Source: Candidatus Woesebacteria bacterium
GTDB taxonomy: Bacteria > Patescibacteriota > Microgenomatia > UBA8517
DNA: 64,000 nt
Assembly (NCBI GenBank): GCA_020060845.1
Contig: JAGUZK010000045.1
Coordinates: 8,685 to 72,684, forward strand
Direction of reading: 5' to 3'
The notes beneath the pieces were generated by a model that saw nothing but the letters and a program-made list of their open reading frames with translations, was not told the origin of the DNA and searched no databases. Below, piece after piece: positions 59,140-64,000 of this stretch; position 1 is the stretch's first letter; every line of letters begins with the position of its first letter. The position numbers were made by a program, and so were the translations under genes.

Positions 59140-59529
59140 TTACTCGTGATGAAACCCCAAAAGGTGCATAGCTGAATGCCTAATCAATTCAAGAGCTTTT
59201 TGCTCAATTAGAACCCCTTCATCTTTTGCCTCTTTGAATATCTTTGGGTAACAAAGAACTATCTCTCCAAGTCTTATAAATCCATCATCGGGATAAATAA
59301 ATTCTCCTCTAACTTCACTCTCAGGGAAAGATAGTACATCATGAACCATATCTTTTTCACCAAGGTGCCTACGGGCTAACTCAACCATTGCCTTTTCGCC
59401 CACGAGTGATACCTCTACAAGGCTGTCAGAAACAATACCATGCGATTTGAAAAATTCCTGCAAAGTCTTTCTAATCTTCCAATTGCTAATAGGATAGTGG
59501 GACTGTTTTTTGATAAGTACCTTGATCAT
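59140..59529 (-). CDS. ybeY: rRNA maturation endoribonuclease YbeY
   Basis: H..MHLLGFHHE metal-binding motif. Confidence 0.7.
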   Translation of the reverse strand: MIKVLIKKQSHYPISNWKIRKTLQEFFKSHGIVSDSLVEVSLVGEKAMVELARRHLGEKDMVHDVLSFPESEVRGEFIYPDDGFIRLGEIVLCYPKIFKEAKDEGVLIEQKALELIRHSAMHLLGFHHE

Positions 59530-59586
59530 GACATGATATTGGGAACTTTATAATTTGACAGGCAAACTCACCAGAACTTGGAACCC

Positions 59587-60063
59587 CTAGCCATTTAGTT
59601 TGGTTTTAACCATTTGAGAGACACGCTCACCTTCCACCCTTCCGGCAAGTTTACCCATAACTTCCCCCATAACTCTTCCAAATTGTGAGACAGAATTTAC
59701 TCCTAATCTTGCAATTACTTCATCTATAATCCTGGAAAGCTCAGCGTCATCAATTTCCTCAGGTAAAAATTCTTGCAAAATTTCAATTTCTTTTTTTTCC
59801 TTATTAATCCTTTCGTCAATATCCTCAGGAGAATGATCAGTCTTTTTTTGCTTGGCCTGTTCATAAGACTGAATCGCATCTTTTCTCTTCCTTATCTCTC
59901 TTCTTACAACCATTACTACTTCATCAGAAGTCAATTCCCCCCGCTTTGCAATCTTCTCGTAATTTAGGGAAGATAAAAGCTGCCTCAAAACAGACACCCG
60001 CAATTTATTATCCGCCAAGAGAGCTTCCTTTATTTTTGCAGTTAAATCTTTTTGGTAGTCCAT
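59587..60063 (-). CDS. GatB/YqeY-domain protein
   Basis: 158-aa ORF with the YqeY-like pattern. Confidence 0.7.
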   Translation of the reverse strand: MDYQKDLTAKIKEALLADNKLRVSVLRQLLSSLNYEKIAKRGELTSDEVVMVVRREIRKRKDAIQSYEQAKQKKTDHSPEDIDERINKEKKEIEILQEFLPEEIDDAELSRIIDEVIARLGVNSVSQFGRVMGEVMGKLAGRVEGERVSQMVKTKLNG

Positions 60064-60066
60064 TTT

Positions 60067-60456
60067 TTATATATTCGCTTTTATCTTTTCTGCAATTTCC
60101 TCCATCTCTTTTCCGCTTAAGGTTTTTCGCTCTCTAGAGTCAATAAAATTCTCATTTGAATAAATCGGGACAACCCATATATGTGCATGGTGCACATCCA
60201 TCCCGTGAGTCAAAAATTCAACCATATTTGCGCCAAGCCCCTTCATCTGTGCCTTGGCAACACTTCTTGCTGCTTCCCAATATTCTCCAAAATTTGGAAC
60301 GTCCCACGTCCAACGGTAATGAATCTTTGGAATTACAAGTGTATGCCCGGGATTAAGTGGGGCTATATCCAAAAAACCCATAAAATCGGGGTCTTCATAA
60401 ACAACATTGGCTGGAATCTCCTTTTTGGCTATCCTGCAAAAAACACATCCTTCCAC
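60067..60456 (-). CDS. HIT-family (histidine triad) protein
   Basis: CVFCRI...; HHAHIWVVP histidine triad. Confidence 0.8.
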   Translation of the reverse strand: MEGCVFCRIAKKEIPANVVYEDPDFMGFLDIAPLNPGHTLVIPKIHYRWTWDVPNFGEYWEAARSVAKAQMKGLGANMVEFLTHGMDVHHAHIWVVPIYSNENFIDSRERKTLSGKEMEEIAEKIKANI

Positions 60457-60503
60457 AACTTAAAGTATAAAACTTATAGCCAATCTATACAACATCCTTA
60501 TAT

Positions 60504-61532
60504 CTAAAGAAGGGATACTATTTTGCGCGCCAATTTATCTGAATCATGGCGAATAAGACTTCTTGTAAGCTTATCTCCTTTTGATTTCTCGTAAACCCTT
60601 TCAGAAACAAAATCTCCCCTTATCACAAGTGGCTTTTGTAAATTCTCCAGGTCATCCACAACGGGAAATGCCTGCTCCTGTTCATATCTCTTAAGAACCT
60701 CTCGAGGATACTTATTCTTATTGTTTACCAGCACAACATCAATCACTGGCCCAATATACTTTTGTAGCTCATCAAGATGCCGTCCAGCAGTAAAACCATC
60801 AGTTTGACCGTGGCGAGTCATCAGATTAACAACATAGACCTTCTTTGCCCGCGACCTCCTTACTGCAGCCTTTATACCCTTTACTAAGAAGTTGGGAAGT
60901 ATGCTCGTATATAGATCCCCCGGCCCAATAACAATAATGTCAGCAGACTTAATTGCCAAAATAGCTTTTTTGTTCGCATGTGCAGGTGGAAATAATTCAA
61001 CCTCAACAATCCTGTGCTTCACGAGTTCCCCATCTGGCTCATCAATCGCGTGCTCTCCCAATACTTGTTTGCCGTTTGAATAACGTGCCACTAGGTGCGA
61101 ATTATCATAAGTAACCGGAATAATACTTCCCTTTACCCCTAAGATTTCGCATGTTTTGCTGATTGCTTTTTCCTGATTGCCGCCATAGATATCAGTTAAA
61201 GCTGCCATAAACAAATTCCCAAAAGTCATTCCCGTTATTCCTGTTCCTAGACTATATCTATAAGTAAAAAGCTTGCGCAAAGTTTGATCAGCATTTTCAG
61301 AAGAAAGAGCCACCATACACTGGCGTATATCAGAAGTTGGCAATAGTCCAAACTCATCCCTTATCACACGATTGCTTCCGCCGGAATCCATCATCGAAAC
61401 AACAACCGAAAGATTAAGAGGAAACTTCTTAAGCCCCAAAAGAACTGTATAAGTACCAGTTCCTCCTCCAATAACTACTACCTTCTTTTCCATAAAAGCC
61501 TTTTTCCCATTAATTTCTCTGTTCGGACCCAC
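60504..61532 (-). CDS. yvcK: YvcK/CofD-family gluconeogenesis factor (UPF0052)
   Basis: VVIGGGTGTYTVLLGLK...MMDSGGS. Confidence 0.8.
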   Translation of the reverse strand: MGPNREINGKKAFMEKKVVVIGGGTGTYTVLLGLKKFPLNLSVVVSMMDSGGSNRVIRDEFGLLPTSDIRQCMVALSSENADQTLRKLFTYRYSLGTGITGMTFGNLFMAALTDIYGGNQEKAISKTCEILGVKGSIIPVTYDNSHLVARYSNGKQVLGEHAIDEPDGELVKHRIVEVELFPPAHANKKAILAIKSADIIVIGPGDLYTSILPNFLVKGIKAAVRRSRAKKVYVVNLMTRHGQTDGFTAGRHLDELQKYIGPVIDVVLVNNKNKYPREVLKRYEQEQAFPVVDDLENLQKPLVIRGDFVSERVYEKSKGDKLTRSLIRHDSDKLARKIVSLL

Positions 61533-61803
61533 CTCTTCCCATCAGTGCATTCCAAACTTCTCGGTCTTTAATTTTTGCCGCCACAACCTCCAAAAGTACT
61601 CTAAGTCTACCAGCCAATTCTCCATCTTGTGGTTTTTTTTCCAATCTATCCTTGATTGCCAATTCCAAGCTTTGGAGCTCCGGGATCTGTAAGCCGGTGA
61701 TACCAAGATCAAAAGGGTCACCAAGTTTTTCTTCTCTGGCTTTTTCCATTCTGGACAGCACCTCTCCCAAAATGCCCTGTTGGCTGGTAGATTTTTTCAT
61801 CAT
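61510..61803 (-). CDS. hypothetical protein
   Basis: 97-aa ORF overlapping both neighbours. Confidence 0.3.
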   Translation of the reverse strand: MMKKSTSQQGILGEVLSRMEKAREEKLGDPFDLGITGLQIPELQSLELAIKDRLEKKPQDGELAGRLRVLLEVVAAKIKDREVWNALMGRGGSEQRN

Positions 61804-63041
61804 TTACCATCAAACATATTTATCAAACCCTCAAAAGTCAACCTATGGGTCACTTCACTTTCTCTCTCTTTATACTCAAGGTCGTTCTTCCCGTCCGACA
61901 CGACCAGACGAATAGGAATTCCAATAAGATCACTGTCCGCAAACTTTTCACCAGCCGACAAATCCCTATCATCCCACAAGACATCAACTCCTAATTTGGT
62001 TAATTTTTTGTAAACATCTTGAGCCTTTTTTCTTGTGGAGCCGCCGTGGCCCAACTCCAACAAGTGGACATCAAATGGTGCGATCGCACGACTCCAGATA
62101 ATTCCCTTATCGTCATGGCTTACCTCTGCCCATGCTCCTATAATCCGAGTCGTCCCAATTCCGTAGGACCCAAAAAAGGGTGGCTTCTTGCTACCGTCAG
62201 AATCTGTAAAATAGATCCTCATTAGTTCACTGTAATAGGTTCCAAAAGGAAAAATGTTTCCCACCTCAATAGATTTGCTACTAACTATTTCTCCCTTCCC
62301 ACATTTAGGGCAAACATCTCCAACCTTTCCATCAAATATCTCTTGATTTTGCCCCCAATCACAACTATTGCAATAATAAATCAAATCTTCTCCGCCGTCT
62401 GAAATCACCTGAAACTCATGCGTCTTGTTTTGGGTAAAGACTCCCCCACCAGCCTCAATAATCCTAAAATTAAAACCAATTCTCCTGAAAATCTCAGAGT
62501 AAGCGCCTTTGACTAATTCATAAAAGCTCCAAAAATCATTCTCGTCTCGATGAATACTATAAAGATCCTTCATCAGAAACTCCCTACCTCGAAGGATTCC
62601 CGACCTGGCCCGTGGTTCATTCCTAAACTTTGTAGAAAAATGATAAAGTGCGATAGGCAAATCCTGATAACTTCTTACAAACTTCCGCGTTAGGTCCAGG
62701 AATATCTCCTCATGAGTAAACGACAGGGCATACTCCCTTCCACGGCTGTCCTCAAACTGATACATCACCTCACGTGCCGAATCCCATCTTCCTGTCTCAT
62801 TCCAAATGTTTTTTGGATGCAGAAGGGGCATAAGAATTTCCTGACATCCAATCTTATTTAATTCCTCACGAATGATATTGTTGACTTTGGAAACGACCCT
62901 TTGCCCCATCGGAAGAAGAGTCCAGCTCCCAGCCATAAGCTGATCTATAAAGCCTGCACGTACCAATAACTTGTGGTTTATACTTACAGCATCCCTTGGA
63001 GCTTCTTTTTTTGTTTCCGGAAAAAGTCTACTTTGCAACAT
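61800..63041 (-). CDS. proS: proline--tRNA ligase lacking the INS editing domain, with small Zn-ribbon insertion
   Basis: Bacterial-type N-terminus (AVSINHKLLVRAGFI...WTLLP), class II motifs and a C-terminal anticodon-binding domain; CNSC...CPKC lies in the insertion position. 413 aa. Confidence 0.85.
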   Translation of the reverse strand: MLQSRLFPETKKEAPRDAVSINHKLLVRAGFIDQLMAGSWTLLPMGQRVVSKVNNIIREELNKIGCQEILMPLLHPKNIWNETGRWDSAREVMYQFEDSRGREYALSFTHEEIFLDLTRKFVRSYQDLPIALYHFSTKFRNEPRARSGILRGREFLMKDLYSIHRDENDFWSFYELVKGAYSEIFRRIGFNFRIIEAGGGVFTQNKTHEFQVISDGGEDLIYYCNSCDWGQNQEIFDGKVGDVCPKCGKGEIVSSKSIEVGNIFPFGTYYSELMRIYFTDSDGSKKPPFFGSYGIGTTRIIGAWAEVSHDDKGIIWSRAIAPFDVHLLELGHGGSTRKKAQDVYKKLTKLGVDVLWDDRDLSAGEKFADSDLIGIPIRLVVSDGKNDLEYKERESEVTHRLTFEGLINMFDGK

Positions 63042-63117
63042 AGCTTACCAGATCATATCAAAATACCGCCAAAAATTCCATTAAACTCCCCCCATCCCAA
63101 AAAATATACGCTTGAAG

Positions 63118-64000
63118 CTACTTCACCAGATTTTTCAAAAATCCGTCCACACTCCCTGCTAAGACTAGACGCCGGATATCAGCAAAGGTGACAGCAAAAA
63201 GAAGAAGCATAAGAATTGCCATGCCAGCAGCATGAATAATATTTTCCACCCTTGGAATAACCCTTCTACCCAAAAACCTCTCGATAACTATAAAGAGCAT
63301 CCTTCCTCCATCCAAAGCTGGAAATGGTAAGACGTTAAGGATCGCAAGGTTTACAGAAAGAACCCCAACAAAATTAACAAGAGCCAAAACTCCCAGACTT
63401 GCCGCCTGTGATGTCAAAGCATAAATACCAACCGGACCAGCCACATCTTTTGGGACAACTCCTCTGAACAATCCCACTATCATGTTTATTAGCCCTGCTG
63501 TAATCATTCCCGTCCAAAAAAGCGCTTCCCTGAAGCCATAATAAATTCCAACAAAAGGCCTTTGCCATAAAGGTGGGTAAAAGATAGATGTCGTACTCAC
63601 AACAACTCCCAAGGCACCTTGACCCTGGGGCGGATTTTCTCTTGGAATAGCTTTGATTTCAATTATCTTTTCACCCCTTCTTAGCGAAAAAACAGCCTCT
63701 TTGCCTATTGTATCCTTCACAGCCGATAGAAAATCCTCATTGCTTAAGACTTCTCTGCCATTCACTTTAGTGATTACATCTCCCGTCTCAAATCCAGCAA
63801 TATCTGCTGGAGACCCTTGTGCAACCTCAATCACAGAGACGTCCTTAGTATCTTTTGGAATTCCGGACACGCTATAAACAACAGCAAATGCAATAACAGC
63901 AAGGACAAAATTCATAATAACTCCAGCCAAAATCACAATCGCCCTTGTCTTTTTAGACTTATTTAAGAAAGCCCTTTTTGGGTAAGCAATACCATCGCTA
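63118..64000 (-). CDS. rseP: RIP/site-2 zinc metalloprotease RseP-like (PDZ + TM), 5' end outside window
   Basis: PDZ domain and C-terminal TM helices. The reading frame stays open to the window edge, and the HExxH-bearing N-terminus is not in the window. Confidence 0.6.
   Translation of the reverse strand, partial: SDGIAYPKRAFLNKSKKTRAIVILAGVIMNFVLAVIAFAVVYSVSGIPKDTKDVSVIEVAQGSPADIAGFETGDVITKVNGREVLSNEDFLSAVKDTIGKEAVFSLRRGEKIIEIKAIPRENPPQGQGALGVVVSTTSIFYPPLWQRPFVGIYYGFREALFWTGMITAGLINMIVGLFRGVVPKDVAGPVGIYALTSQAASLGVLALVNFVGVLSVNLAILNVLPFPALDGGRMLFIVIERFLGRRVIPRVENIIHAAGMAILMLLLFAVTFADIRRLVLAGSVDGFLKNLVK

Noticed and set aside
1-64000. tRNA, rRNA and CRISPR arrays.
   Set aside because: I scanned the intergenic regions (1372-1471, 9210-9272, 15523-15977, 17385-17506, 29975-30280, 37291-37523, 38079-38572) by eye. 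I found no cloverleaf-compatible segments, no rRNA-like sequence and no regularly spaced direct repeats.

Overview
This window looks like part of a low-GC, small-genome bacterium with a CPR/Patescibacteria-like gene repertoire. That lineage call rests on my reading of gene content, not on any search.

Most of the window is housekeeping:
- 0–11.5 kb: dnaB, an MBL-fold hydrolase, hisS, rpmE-prfA, htrA, ctpA, the rpsF-ssb-rpsR operon and ychF.
- 30–64 kb: a nucleotide-salvage operon (NUDIX, SAM methyltransferase, PfkB kinase, tmk, guaA, PRTase, NDT-like/RHH), xth, an extracytoplasmic redox cluster (PQQ sugar dehydrogenase, a 3x cytochrome-b5 protein, cyclophilin, ferric-reductase-like FAD/NAD oxidoreductase), secreted glycosidase and beta-propeller proteins, sodA, cysS, a PIG-L deacetylase, the recR-ybaB-dnaX operon, ybeY, a HIT protein, yvcK, proS, and rseP (5' partial at the window edge).

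Between about 11.4 and 30.3 kb the housekeeping synteny is interrupted by an integrated element roughly 18–19 kb long, which is visibly more A/T-rich. It contains:
- a large serine recombinase whose 3' end overlaps the 5' end of ychF;
- an excisionase-like HTH gene and a compound palindrome;
- a phage-like replication module with a DnaD-like protein;
- a highly structured intergenic segment with three GNRA-capped hairpins and a 12-bp inverted repeat;
- a pair of secreted proteins;
- a six-gene, translationally coupled minus-strand operon that embeds a Type III R-M system;
- a divergent module of unknown proteins including a HEPN-like gene.

The six-gene operon is the strongest candidate for a new composite defence system. 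Its order is: signal-peptidase-I-like membrane protein (601 aa), HTH (64 aa), unknown (279 aa), Mod, Res, and a 1027-aa protein with a DUF4365-like PD-(D/E)xK N-terminus and long helical repeats.

Other points worth noting:
- an RF1 homologue lacking the N-terminal domain 1;
- a roughly 100-bp imperfect direct repeat at 30.0 and 35.9 kb, each copy immediately 5' of a minus-strand small ORF (intact in one copy, degenerate in the other);
- a consensus TTGACA-17-TATAAT promoter for the nucleotide-salvage operon;
- a TGTACA palindromic array.
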